A program made the position numbers and the translations under genes. Source: Nitrosopumilus sp. (GTDB taxonomy: Archaea > Thermoproteota > Nitrososphaeria > Nitrososphaerales > Nitrosopumilaceae). From it: a DNA stretch of 64,000 nucleotides. Under the pieces are notes generated by a model. That model was not told where the DNA came from, did not search any database, and saw only the letters and a list, made by a program, of their open reading frames with translations. Below are positions 20,090 to 29,916 of this stretch, piece after piece. Where the stretch lies: NCBI GenBank assembly GCA_965218785.1, contig OZ244650.1, positions 416,001 to 480,000 on the forward strand, written 5' to 3'. Each line of letters opens with the position of its first letter. Within the stretch, counting starts at the first letter, position 1.

Positions 20090-21070
20090 TCACACGCTTC
20101 TTTTGACTACAAAACCCAATAACGCAGTCAGTTCTGTTTTGGCTGAACCTGAATACGGTGCCAGTGATCTTTCGGCTCTTCGTGCGTATTGTAGAGCCTG
20201 TCTTCTGACCTCCTCCTCGATTCCAAGGGAGCGAATTGCCCCTACTGCCCCGTCTAGATCATTCTTAGTTGCCCTGGGATTTCCAAACGATTTTAAAATT
20301 ATTTTTTTATCCCTGCCTCTTGCTGATTTTATTGCCATGAGAATCGGCAGTGATTTTTTACCCTCTCTAAGATCATTTCCTACGGGCTTTTTTGTAATTT
20401 TGGGATCTCCCATCATTCCTATCAGGTCATCAGTTATCTGAAATGCAATCCCCAGGTTTCTTCCAAACGATGAAAGATTTGTAATGTCCTTGGGTTTGTT
20501 TGTGGCACAAATGGCCCCCATCGCACATGATACATCAAACAATGCCGCGGTCTTTTTTCCAATCATTGTAATATAATCTGCCTGTGATGGAATCTTCCTC
20601 TTCTGGGCCATCCTTACATCTAGCAGCTGTCCCTCACATACGTCTACACACGCCTTTGAGAGTCTGGAAACCAACTTTGTGGTTGCATCCGTGGATAATT
20701 TCGAGCTGGAAATTATCTGAAATGCTTTTGAAAACAGGACATCTCCTGCCAAAATTGCGATCGGCACTCCAAATTTTTTATGCACTGTTGGAACCCCGTG
20801 ACGTATCTCGTCATTATCCATAATGTCATCGTGAACTAGCGTAAAGTTGTGGACCATCTCTACGGCACCTGCAGCAGGCATTGCATTGGAGATCCTTCCT
20901 CCCAGAATCTGGCAGCTCTTAATTACCATGTATGGTCTTAGTCTTTTTCCGCCATGTACAATAAGATGTCCTGCCGCATCATAGAGTCTTTTTGGATTGC
21001 CCCTTAGTTTGGAATTTAGATATCTGTTTACCGTTTCTGCATTTTTTTCAACCTGTCTAGTCTTTTTCAT
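20090..21070 (-). CDS. idsA: Geranylgeranyl diphosphate synthase
   Basis: GGKRLRP, HDDIMD, GQLLD, KTA, FQITDD, GNDL.EGK. Confidence 0.93.
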   Translation of the reverse strand: MKKTRQVEKNAETVNRYLNSKLRGNPKRLYDAAGHLIVHGGKRLRPYMVIKSCQILGGRISNAMPAAGAVEMVHNFTLVHDDIMDNDEIRHGVPTVHKKFGVPIAILAGDVLFSKAFQIISSSKLSTDATTKLVSRLSKACVDVCEGQLLDVRMAQKRKIPSQADYITMIGKKTAALFDVSCAMGAICATNKPKDITNLSSFGRNLGIAFQITDDLIGMMGDPKITKKPVGNDLREGKKSLPILMAIKSARGRDKKIILKSFGNPRATKNDLDGAVGAIRSLGIEEEVRRQALQYARRAERSLAPYSGSAKTELTALLGFVVKRSV

Positions 21071-21707
21071 TTACTAATCTCCACCTGTCTTCTGGTAAAT
21101 GGGTCCTGATTGCCACAATCAATCCCTCCTGAACTTTACTCTTCATCCATGTAGATAATGCATCTCCATACTTTTCAAGAACAATTCGGTCGGACTTTGC
21201 CAATAATCCTAGTGCGATTAGCATCCATGGACAATAAATCCGTGGGTCTGTCTCCAATTCTGAGAGCATCTCTTCTGCGGAGATCCATCTGATCTCATCA
21301 ATCTCACCTTCAATCTCTTTGAGTTCTAAAGGATTATCAACTGTTCCAATTAACGTTGCACAGATTTCATTTTCAGAACCTGCATCCTTGTAGGGCACGT
21401 GATATTCAAATTTGTGCAGATAATCCAGCTTGCCCTTAATTCCCAATTCTTCAGGCATCCTTCTCTCCCCTGATGATACGTATGTCTCAGATTCCCTTGG
21501 ATGGCTTGCAAACGTACCGTCCCAGTCGCCTGGCCATAACATCTTCTCCCTTGCCCGTCTTGTTAGTGCCAGTCGATTTTTTTTGTCAAACAACAAGGCA
21601 GTAAAGGCCCGATGTAACTTCCCATCTGGCAAGTGACACCTTGTTTTTTCTTCGGTACCTATCGGATTATCATCCTCATCAACCAAAATTACAAATTCTT
21701 CAGACAT
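21057..21707 (-). CDS. idi: Type 1 (Nudix-fold) isopentenyl-diphosphate isomerase
   Basis: ILVD, LHRAF, KMLWPG.W...SHP, EELG, ENEIC, PW; isoprenoid operon context. Confidence 0.88.
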   Translation of the reverse strand: MSEEFVILVDEDDNPIGTEEKTRCHLPDGKLHRAFTALLFDKKNRLALTRRAREKMLWPGDWDGTFASHPRESETYVSSGERRMPEELGIKGKLDYLHKFEYHVPYKDAGSENEICATLIGTVDNPLELKEIEGEIDEIRWISAEEMLSELETDPRIYCPWMLIALGLLAKSDRIVLEKYGDALSTWMKSKVQEGLIVAIRTHLPEDRWRLVNEKD

Positions 21708-22452
21708 TTCGCTTACCTCTAAACAACGTTCCTTCATACTTTTTATTTTTAACTGCTTTTACAATTCTTTCTGGCTTGCCGCCATTTACAAAAAACACAT
21801 CGACTCCCCGCTTTGAAATTTTTGAAGATTCCTGAATTTTTCTGGCCATTCCCCCGGTAACATCCATCACGTTTTGTGAAATTAAGGGGCGTTGATCTTT
21901 TAACTCACGGATTAATTTTTTTGATTCAAGATCAGAATACAGTCCGTCCTCATCTAGGGCAAAAATACAGAGCCTAGGTTTTAAAATGCCTGCAAGATGG
22001 GTCATGATTTTATCCCCTGATAAAATGTATGTTTTTTTCTGTCCGTACCACAAGGCATCCCCATACGTGACTGGAATCAGGCCTGATTCTGCAATTTTTT
22101 TAATCTCCCTTACCTTCTTTGGGATCGGTTTGTTCCCGGACATAAAGTCAGTCGGTGGAAGGGAGTATGGATTTAACTTGTTTTTTAACAGTGAATCCAA
22201 AATAATCTTGTTTAATTCGATCATTGAATTTTTTACGATTGAAACTCCCCTGAGATTGTATTTTTTTTCTTTGGTATGCATGTCGTATTTTACGGACCAA
22301 TAATGCCCGTAGGAACCTCCACCGTGAACTATTACAACTGACTCTTCAATCTTCTTTAATCCCTTGGCAAGCCTGTCTATTGTTTTTCTTTTAGCTGATA
22401 ACGGTTTTTCCTTTTTTGTGATAATCGAGCCGCCCAATTTTATTAGAATCAT
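21700..22452 (-). CDS. ipk: Isopentenyl phosphate kinase
   Basis: KLGGS.IT.K, VHGGGSYGH, SGD, DVTGGM; lies between mvk and idi. Confidence 0.9.
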   Translation of the reverse strand: MILIKLGGSIITKKEKPLSAKRKTIDRLAKGLKKIEESVVIVHGGGSYGHYWSVKYDMHTKEKKYNLRGVSIVKNSMIELNKIILDSLLKNKLNPYSLPPTDFMSGNKPIPKKVREIKKIAESGLIPVTYGDALWYGQKKTYILSGDKIMTHLAGILKPRLCIFALDEDGLYSDLESKKLIRELKDQRPLISQNVMDVTGGMARKIQESSKISKRGVDVFFVNGGKPERIVKAVKNKKYEGTLFRGKRNV

Positions 22453-22475
22453 GCTGTTCCAAATTAGGCAGTCAA

Positions 22476-23426
22476 TTAAAAAGTATCCAGTCCTTTAAAG
22501 TCGATTTTTACTGAAAAACACTTGTAGTTCATCTCGTTGAATTGACTAATCACAGCTTCTGAATTTGATTCATCAGTCAAGGCAAAGATACATCCGCCTC
22601 CTCCAGCACCCGTAATTTTTGCTCCAAACGATGATTTTTCTCCTATTTTGACCATCTCCCCCAGTTTGTTATTTGAGACTCCTATGGCCTCCAGATATTT
22701 CTGATTTTGAATTATCTTCTGACCCAGTCCCTCCACGTTGTTACTTTTTAACAGCCTCAGAACATCCTCGACTAGTACTGCCTCACTATCACATAATTTT
22801 GAGAATTCAATCCCGTTTTCTTCCTTGAATTTTTTTACTCTTGAAACTATTGATTCTGTAGAATGCTCCATCTCCGAGTTTGCAATTATCAGATGAAAAT
22901 TAGCCTTGGATTCTATTTTTACAAATCCATTTTTCTTGTCATACTCCATAATTCCCCCATATGTGCAGACAGTACAATCCGCACCTGACGTATCTTGAAA
23001 AATTGTTTTTTCAGCTGCAATTGCAAGCTCAAGAATCTCCTCCCTGCTGGACTCTGCAAATAATCCGGAGATTGCCGCCGCACCTGCGACACAGCATGCA
23101 GATGATGAACCCAGACCCACCCCTGATGGAATATCTGATTCTATGATGATTCTGATTCCTGCAGTCCCATCTTGTGCTTGTAACATCCTGTCTGCTAAAT
23201 AATAAAACGGTTTTAACGGGGAGTATATTTCTGGGATGGACTTTTTGCCAGGTTCCAAAACCAAGTCACCTATATCTGATTGAATGAAAATCTTTTTCTC
23301 ATCAATTTTTTCAGCAGTAACTGTGACTCTCTTATTAATTGCACAGAGGATAGCTTTTACTCCATATACTACAAAGTGTTCTCCAAAAAGAATGACCTTT
23401 CCCGGTGCAGAAGCTTTAGATTTCAA
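22476..23426 (-). CDS. mvk: Mevalonate kinase
   Basis: APGKVILFGEHFVVYG, PSGVGLGSS, SGAD, KITGAGGGG. Confidence 0.95.
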   Translation of the reverse strand: MKSKASAPGKVILFGEHFVVYGVKAILCAINKRVTVTAEKIDEKKIFIQSDIGDLVLEPGKKSIPEIYSPLKPFYYLADRMLQAQDGTAGIRIIIESDIPSGVGLGSSSACCVAGAAAISGLFAESSREEILELAIAAEKTIFQDTSGADCTVCTYGGIMEYDKKNGFVKIESKANFHLIIANSEMEHSTESIVSRVKKFKEENGIEFSKLCDSEAVLVEDVLRLLKSNNVEGLGQKIIQNQKYLEAIGVSNNKLGEMVKIGEKSSFGAKITGAGGGGCIFALTDESNSEAVISQFNEMNYKCFSVKIDFKGLDTF

Positions 23427-23446
23427 GTGAATACTATCTGGCCGAA

Positions 23447-24070
23447 TTATTCGGGTTCCTCTTCTATGATCTTCGTCTCAAAATCATCGATTTCATACTT
23501 CATTGATTCGTCCTCTTTTAGATCCCCCCTTTCAATGAGGACTTGACGTACCAGTAGCCAGTAAACTGTTGCAAGAGCCTTTCTTCCTCTGTTGTTTGCT
23601 GGAATAATCACGTCAAGTTTGGATGTAATGTTGTCAGTATTTGCAATTCCTATCACGGGAATGCCTGCATTGGTAGCTTCTCTAACTGCCTGTTCATCAA
23701 CTTGTGGATCCGAGATTAAAACCAATTTTGGTTCAATGTAATATGGCAATGAGGGATTTGTCAGAGTTCCCGGCATGAATCTGCCAAGAAGACTCTTGGA
23801 GCCTAGCATCTCGCAGAATTTTTCAATTGGCGTCTCTGCATACTGCCTGCCTGAGCACACAATCAGTTTGTCTGTACCAAGCCTGTTGATAAATTTTGCA
23901 GCGGTTTGAATTTTCTCTAATGTAATGTCTAGATCAAGCATGTACAGCCCCTCGGGACTGGCTTTTGTGATGAACGGTTTCATGAATTTGGTCTTTACCT
24001 GTGTTCCTACCCTGATTCCAGTAGAGATGACCATCTTTTTGATATCTGTTACCTCGGTTTGTTGATCCAT
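23447..24070 (-). CDS. rps2: 30S ribosomal protein S2
   Basis: GRFMPGTLTNP, DP..D.QA..EA, IPANNRG. Confidence 0.96.
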   Translation of the reverse strand: MDQQTEVTDIKKMVISTGIRVGTQVKTKFMKPFITKASPEGLYMLDLDITLEKIQTAAKFINRLGTDKLIVCSGRQYAETPIEKFCEMLGSKSLLGRFMPGTLTNPSLPYYIEPKLVLISDPQVDEQAVREATNAGIPVIGIANTDNITSKLDVIIPANNRGRKALATVYWLLVRQVLIERGDLKEDESMKYEIDDFETKIIEEEPE

Positions 24071-24077
24071 AACGATT

Positions 24078-25316
24078 TTAAATCTCTGCCATACCGCATA
24101 TTAAGTCATGCCCTGACAGGCGTAACAATTCATTGAGTTTTGCCACTCTTTCTCCTCCCACTATGCCGACTTTGAGCATTTTTGATTTTGTTGCCAATCC
24201 TATGTGTGATATTTGTGAATCAACTGATTCACCCGATCTGTGTGACGTGATTAATCTGATATTGTTTTGATTTGCTACACTGGCAAATTCAAGAGCATCA
24301 TAAAGGCTGCCTGCCTGGTTTACTTTTAAAATCGCCGCGTTGCATGATTTTGAATTAATCGCCTTTGTTAGAATGTCCTTGTTTGTCACTGTCAAATCAT
24401 CCCCTGTAATCATGGTATCTGGAAATCTCTTTGTCAACTCTGCCATGTCTTCAAAGGCCTCTTCATGAACTGCGTCTTCTGCATAAATTAATTTGTATTT
24501 TTCAATAATATCTGCGGTAAAATCAACCTGCTCTCCGGTGGAATTTTCAAATCCGGCCCTGTCATAAACATACTTTTGTTTTTCCTCGTTCCATTGCGTG
24601 GATGATGCAAAATCCACCCCCAGTGATACCTCCCTTCCAAGCGCATATCCTAGATTCTCACAGGCCTTTGCAGAAGCTTCTAGTGCCTTTTGGTTGTCTA
24701 ATTTTGGAGCCCATCCACCTTCATCACCTTTGCCGTTGGTAAAATCCGGATCCTCCTTTTCCAAGACATTACGTAATTCTTTGTGTACTTTCAAATTAGT
24801 TTCAATCGAATCTTCAATTGTTTTTGATCCCGTCGAACAAATCAAAATTTCCTGAATGTCCGGCGTTCCATGCCCTGCATGCATCCCGCCGCCTAAGATA
24901 TTGCCTAACGGAAATGGAAATCTGAACAGAGTATCTGATGACAACGTCTGAAACAATTGCTGTCCTGCAGCCTTTGATGCTGATTCCATTGCTGCAATGG
25001 TTACAGCAAATGCGAGTGCTCCTCCGATGTCTGAATAGTTTGAAGAGCCATCCAAGCTCTTCAGTACATTGTGGATTCCCTCAAGGTCGGAGGATTCTAG
25101 TCCGATAAATTTCTGGGAGTTTTCCCGCAGAACCCTCAGGCTTTCTTCTGGCTTTCCATTGGGAAAACTGACTGCCTCCCACTTTCCGACACTGGCCCCT
25201 GACGGCGCACAAACTCTTCCTAAAAAACCGCCGTCTGATTTGACATCCACCTCGACTGTCTTGCTTCCCCTGCTGTTGTATATGATGCGTCCTTCAACTG
25301 AGGAAATCTTAGTCAA
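24078..25316 (-). CDS. eno: Enolase
   Basis: PSGAS, GDEGG, GDDL, LKVNQ, SHRSGE, ERVAK.N. Confidence 0.95.
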   Translation of the reverse strand: MTKISSVEGRIIYNSRGSKTVEVDVKSDGGFLGRVCAPSGASVGKWEAVSFPNGKPEESLRVLRENSQKFIGLESSDLEGIHNVLKSLDGSSNYSDIGGALAFAVTIAAMESASKAAGQQLFQTLSSDTLFRFPFPLGNILGGGMHAGHGTPDIQEILICSTGSKTIEDSIETNLKVHKELRNVLEKEDPDFTNGKGDEGGWAPKLDNQKALEASAKACENLGYALGREVSLGVDFASSTQWNEEKQKYVYDRAGFENSTGEQVDFTADIIEKYKLIYAEDAVHEEAFEDMAELTKRFPDTMITGDDLTVTNKDILTKAINSKSCNAAILKVNQAGSLYDALEFASVANQNNIRLITSHRSGESVDSQISHIGLATKSKMLKVGIVGGERVAKLNELLRLSGHDLICGMAEI

Positions 25317-25332
25317 GTCACTCTAACTCAAG

Positions 25333-25569
25333 TCACTCTAACTCAGATTGAACTTCTTGCTTTCTTTTCTGAATTGCTTCATAAAACGGAATCACCTGCT
25401 GAATCGTTTCGACCGTAGTCAAAAGCATTCTTCTGCAGCAATATCTCTCAATTCCCAAGGAATCCAGGACTTTTGCAGGATCCTCGCCTGACTTTACCTT
25501 ATTTTGATAATCGCCATATTTGTCGGCAATCATGTTTCCACACGTAAAACATCTGACAGGAATTAACAT
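25333..25569 (-). CDS. rpoN: RNA polymerase subunit N (Rpo10)
   Basis: [11 protein letters not shown]...RYCCRRM. Confidence 0.96.
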   Translation of the reverse strand: MLIPVRCFTCGNMIADKYGDYQNKVKSGEDPAKVLDSLGIERYCCRRMLLTTVETIQQVIPFYEAIQKRKQEVQSELE

Positions 25570-25621
25570 ACGAACGGAAAAGTAATCAAGGATTATAAAA
25601 ACCATTCAAGAAAACTTCTTT

Positions 25622-25706
25622 GCGGGCGTCGCCCAGCCTGGCCAAAGGCGCTAGCTTGAGGGGCTAGTCTCTTAGGAGTTCGTGGGTTCAAATCCCATCG
25701 CCCGCA
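25622..25706 (+). tRNA. tRNA-Leu(GAG)
   Basis: GCGGGCG/CGCCCGC-A acceptor, anticodon arm CTAGC-TTGAGGG-GCTAG, long variable arm, GGTTCAAATC. Confidence 0.94.
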
Positions 25707-25721
25707 TCAATTTTTGAGGAT

Positions 25722-26336
25722 CTACCTCTCCAGTCTCTGCAGGGTTTTGATCAGTTCTGTACGTCTCTGCTCTTCGGTAATTGCAGATCTTACATTCTCT
25801 ACAAGAATCCTGCCAACGTCAATCTTTCTTCTGGCCTCTTTTAGAACCTTGTCGTACATTGAAAAAGTATACAGATGAAGATAGAGATTTTCCATGACCT
25901 CAAAAACTCTTGTAGCCTCCTCGACATCCCCTATTCTGATTTTGTCAAATACCATTCTCTTCAATTCGCCTATGCCATCTAGCAATCCTAAAACATATGA
26001 CTCTGGCATTACTGATAATTTTTTATCAGATGGGATCTCTTTTCTTTCAACAACTGCAATCAGACATGAGGCCTCTACAAATTCCTGCTCAGGTGTAATC
26101 AGGTATCGTCTCAGTTCTCCTGTCGCCTTTGTCCTGTATCTCTTCAAGAGTCTCTCTGCACTGTTCAGATTCTTTTTCCCCGTCCTCAAATCACCCTTGT
26201 GTACTGCAATGATTGACCTGCTGCAGAGAATGACTATCTCCCTTGTATTTTTTAGTAAAAACTCCCTTGCATCCTGGATATTACCTAGAGATTTTGCAAT
26301 CTTGTTTAATGATGGTTTTACGTTCTTTAACGTCAT
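25722..26336 (-). CDS. Translin/TRAX-like RNA-binding protein
   Basis: ARE..K..R, QEFVEA, YVLGLLD.IGELKR, RRKID. Confidence 0.85.
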   Translation of the reverse strand: MTLKNVKPSLNKIAKSLGNIQDAREFLLKNTREIVILCSRSIIAVHKGDLRTGKKNLNSAERLLKRYRTKATGELRRYLITPEQEFVEASCLIAVVERKEIPSDKKLSVMPESYVLGLLDGIGELKRMVFDKIRIGDVEEATRVFEVMENLYLHLYTFSMYDKVLKEARRKIDVGRILVENVRSAITEEQRRTELIKTLQRLER

Positions 26337-26403
26337 GCTTGATGTTATCAAAGCTAGGATAAAACCGTATGCCAGATCCTTTCATATTTTATGTGTTGAA
26401 ATT

Positions 26404-27465
26404 CTATTTAAAAAAGAGGTTTAATATCCTCTTTAATCTTGACGACTTGCCGTTTACACCTATGGTGGGCGTGGGTTTTTCAACAAAAATTCCCTGCGGT
26501 CTGTACAATAAAATCACAAGCAGAATTATTCCAAGCAGCAAAAAGTCAAGCCATACAACATCAAATGGAACAAATCCCTCAAACGAATCCTTGAAAAATA
26601 TGATAAGCTTTCGCAGTGTCACAAAAATTAGCGTTCCAATTATGACTCCCTTGTTATTTGCCAGCCCTCCGATGAGAATCATAAGAAACGGCCAAAACGT
26701 CCAGCTTGCCCTGTCATATGCAAATGCGATGGTGCCGCCGACATAAAATGCGTATAACGCACCGCCTATTGCCGCAAGTGCTGCTGCGACCATTATCACC
26801 TTAATTCTGATCTGCGTGGAGTTTTTTCCAAGGGATTCAGCTGTCACCTCATTGTCCCGGACGGCCCGCAACATCCTTCCAAGAGGGGAACGAATCATTT
26901 TTTCGCTAAACACAAAAACGGCAATTGCAATCAGCACCAACCCCAGCGTGGCCACAGGAAAGCGCATCTCATCGGGTAAAAATGACAGCGGATCTGGCAC
27001 CTGGACTCCGAGGGTACCGCCAACTAACGGCGTGAAATTATTTCCGATAATTCTGATACTCTCGCCAAATGCCAGCAGTGTAATTGCCAGATAATCCCCG
27101 CGTAATCTGATTGCAGGATATGATGTGAGCAATCCTACTCCTCCGCCCACCCCTGCTGCAATACCCAGTGTCAAAAAGAAAACTACAAAGCCAATTCCAG
27201 TGTTGTCAACTAGCCATATATTGATCTCAGAGACTATTGCCAAATTATTTGTAATGTAATCGCCCTCAATTCCGGCAATGCTTGCAAAAATTCGTCCGGG
27301 AACTGATGCGGCTACAAATGCACCTGCCCCCACTGCCAACACCTTGCCAAAGTTTGGAATTCCGGTATATCCGAACTCCATGTTCAAACTGAGATTAACA
27401 ATGACGTAGATTGCAAATATTGCAAGAAGATCCACGATGAAAATTGTTTCAGATTCTAGAACCAT
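26404..27465 (-). CDS. livM: Branched-chain amino acid ABC permease
   Basis: GYTGIPNFG, RLRGDYLAI, SPLGRMLRAVRDNE, LIGG, RPQG. Confidence 0.92.
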   Translation of the reverse strand: MVLESETIFIVDLLAIFAIYVIVNLSLNMEFGYTGIPNFGKVLAVGAGAFVAASVPGRIFASIAGIEGDYITNNLAIVSEINIWLVDNTGIGFVVFFLTLGIAAGVGGGVGLLTSYPAIRLRGDYLAITLLAFGESIRIIGNNFTPLVGGTLGVQVPDPLSFLPDEMRFPVATLGLVLIAIAVFVFSEKMIRSPLGRMLRAVRDNEVTAESLGKNSTQIRIKVIMVAAALAAIGGALYAFYVGGTIAFAYDRASWTFWPFLMILIGGLANNKGVIIGTLIFVTLRKLIIFFKDSFEGFVPFDVVWLDFLLLGIILLVILLYRPQGIFVEKPTPTIGVNGKSSRLKRILNLFFK

Positions 27466-28375
27466 TTCTCCTCAACTTTGACCAATTAATCCCTGCCAGC
27501 CCCCGCGGTGCCAAGAATAAGGTTACAACGATGAATATCAGCGGAATAAGCGGCCGGTATGCAATCAACCAAGAACCAATCTCACCGGCTAGAAATCTTG
27601 TTCCCAAAACTTCGGTTAATCCTACAAGTATGCCGCCAGCTATTGCGCCATAAATGCTTAGAAAACCCCCCGCTATGCTTGCTGCAAACACGCTAGGTAT
27701 CAGCTGTGGTCCGAGATTTGGATCCCCCTGAAACCACAACGACATCAATGCTCCTGCAACCCCTGCAAATCCGCCTCCCATTAACCAAGAGACGCCATAG
27801 ATCAGTTTGACGTTAATCCCGACGGTTCCTGCAAGATCCGAATTTTCAGTCGCCGCCCTCATTGCAATGCCAAATTTGGTCTTTCTCAACATTATGTGCA
27901 GTGTGACTGCCAGAATGGCAATGGTAATCGGTGCTGCAAAAACTATCAAAGGCAGTCCCATAAATTCCGCGTCATAGCTGCGCAATGTAAATTCCCTAGA
28001 TGTGACCTGGAATGTCTTTACGATATAATCTGCGGTGATGTTTAGAGCTGCGATCACCACCAGATCAAATGCCAATGTGGCGATCATCTGAATTGCCTGT
28101 GAGGCCCCTTTTCGAATCAGCGGTTTTAAGATAAAGGTGTATAGCGCGACAGCTACTATTCCGGATATTACAAATGCAATTGGAATTGCAATATATGGAG
28201 TAGTATCCCATACCCTCGTTGCAACTAGCGCAATGTATACGCCAATTGTCGCAAACGAGGCATGTGCAAAATTTGGAACTCTGGTTGTAAGATATGTGAG
28301 CGTAAGACCAATACTTAGAAGCGTCAAAAGACTGGCAAAAATTATCGCATCAGAAAATATGGGGTCAAATGCCAA
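27449..28375 (-). CDS. livH: Branched-chain amino acid ABC permease
   Basis: GLTL....NFAH, TKFGIAMRA, GIN, PRGL; probable TTG start at 28375 with GGAGGT upstream. Confidence 0.9.
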   Translation of the reverse strand: MAFDPIFSDAIIFASLLTLLSIGLTLTYLTTRVPNFAHASFATIGVYIALVATRVWDTTPYIAIPIAFVISGIVAVALYTFILKPLIRKGASQAIQMIATLAFDLVVIAALNITADYIVKTFQVTSREFTLRSYDAEFMGLPLIVFAAPITIAILAVTLHIMLRKTKFGIAMRAATENSDLAGTVGINVKLIYGVSWLMGGGFAGVAGALMSLWFQGDPNLGPQLIPSVFAASIAGGFLSIYGAIAGGILVGLTEVLGTRFLAGEIGSWLIAYRPLIPLIFIVVTLFLAPRGLAGINWSKLRRNGSRI

Positions 28376-28428
28376 ACTGTTACCTCCATATAACAACCCT
28401 TAATTTCTTTATGCCTTTGATAGTTTTG

Positions 28429-29184
28429 ATGGCAATTCTATCAATTTCTGGAATTCGGAAGCACTTTGACAGAATCACGGTTCTTGATGGAATTGATATG
28501 GAACTAAAAGCAGGCAAACTGTATCAGATGATTGGCCCAAACGGCAGTGGAAAAACCACGCTGATCAACGTAGTATCCGGTCTTTTGAAACCAGATAACG
28601 GAACGATTATTTTTGATGGAAACGATATTACACAAAAAGGACTCTTTGAGACCTACCGGACCGGCCTGGTTCGTACATGGCAAATCCCCCAACCCTTTAT
28701 CAGTCTCACAACGATGGAAAACTTTTTGATTTCAAGCAACGAAAACTCTGGAGAATCATTTCTAATGGCACCATTAAAATCAAAATGGAAGAACGATGAG
28801 AAGGAGATCACCGACAAGGCCATTGAGATTATGAAGATAGTAAATCTCATAGAAAAAAAAGACACGATTAGCCAGAATCTTAGTGGCGGACAGCAAAAAC
28901 TCCTGGAATTAGGCCGTGCAATGATGTCCGGCGCCAAAATGATTCTAATGGATGAGCCAATTGCGGGTGTGAATCCCACTCTGGCACATGAAATATTTGA
29001 TAAAATTTCAAAAATCTGCAAGCAAAAAAACCTCACATTTCTGATCGTAGAGCACAGATTAGATATTGCACTGCAGTATGCAGATCATGTATTTGCAATG
29101 GACAGGGGAGTAATAATTGCAGAAGGAAATCCGGATCAAGTAATAAAACATCCCAAAGTCATGGAATCGTATCTGGGGGAATAA
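28429..29184 (+). CDS. livG: Branched-chain amino acid ABC ATPase
   Basis: GPNGSGKT, RTWQ, LSGGQQKLLE, DEPIAGVNP, VEH, YLG. Confidence 0.92.
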   Translation: MAILSISGIRKHFDRITVLDGIDMELKAGKLYQMIGPNGSGKTTLINVVSGLLKPDNGTIIFDGNDITQKGLFETYRTGLVRTWQIPQPFISLTTMENFLISSNENSGESFLMAPLKSKWKNDEKEITDKAIEIMKIVNLIEKKDTISQNLSGGQQKLLELGRAMMSGAKMILMDEPIAGVNPTLAHEIFDKISKICKQKNLTFLIVEHRLDIALQYADHVFAMDRGVIIAEGNPDQVIKHPKVMESYLGE

Positions 29185-29916
29185 ATGTCACAAAAAACTG
29201 CCCCGTCAATTATTTCCGTAGATGCGTTGAATTCAGGATATGTAAAGAGCCATATTCTTTTCGGGGTTGATTTTGAGGCAAAGGAAAGGGAGATTACATT
29301 AATTGTCGGCCCCAACGGCAGTGGAAAAAGCACTTTGCTCAAAAGCATCTTTGGTCTGTGTGAAATATATTCTGGGGAAATCCGTTTTAATGGTAAAATC
29401 ATGACCGGACTTGCACCGCATGAAGTGGCAAGAAAAAAAATTGCATATCTGTCTCAGGTGGACAATGTGTTCTCCAATCTGACCATCCAGGAGAATCTGA
29501 TCATGGCAAGTTATACTCTTGATTCAAAGACAATTTCACAGAGATTGCCTGAAATGTTTGAGACGTTTCCGATACTGAAAAAATACAAAAAATCCAAAGC
29601 CAGCAATCTTAGCGGCGGTGAGCGTCAAATGCTTGCAATGGCCATGGCATTAATTAGACGACCAAAAGTCATGCTGTTTGATGAGCCCACGGCAAGCCTT
29701 TCACCAAAGCTGGCAGACGATGTATTATCAAAGATTAGACAGATGCGTGATGATTTTGGGATTACGATAATTATGGTTGAACAAAATGTAAAACGCGCAC
29801 TCAAGATGTGTGATCGTGCCTATCTTTTGGCAAACGGTAAAAGAGTTTTTACGGGAAAATCAGAAGAGTTGTTGTCTCATCCTGACCTAGGCAAACTATA
29901 CCTGGGCATTAGTTAG
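29185..29916 (+). CDS. livF: Branched-chain amino acid ABC ATPase
   Basis: GPNGSGKS, LSGGERQMLA, DEPTASLSP, VEQN, YLG. Confidence 0.92.
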   Translation: MSQKTAPSIISVDALNSGYVKSHILFGVDFEAKEREITLIVGPNGSGKSTLLKSIFGLCEIYSGEIRFNGKIMTGLAPHEVARKKIAYLSQVDNVFSNLTIQENLIMASYTLDSKTISQRLPEMFETFPILKKYKKSKASNLSGGERQMLAMAMALIRRPKVMLFDEPTASLSPKLADDVLSKIRQMRDDFGITIIMVEQNVKRALKMCDRAYLLANGKRVFTGKSEELLSHPDLGKLYLGIS

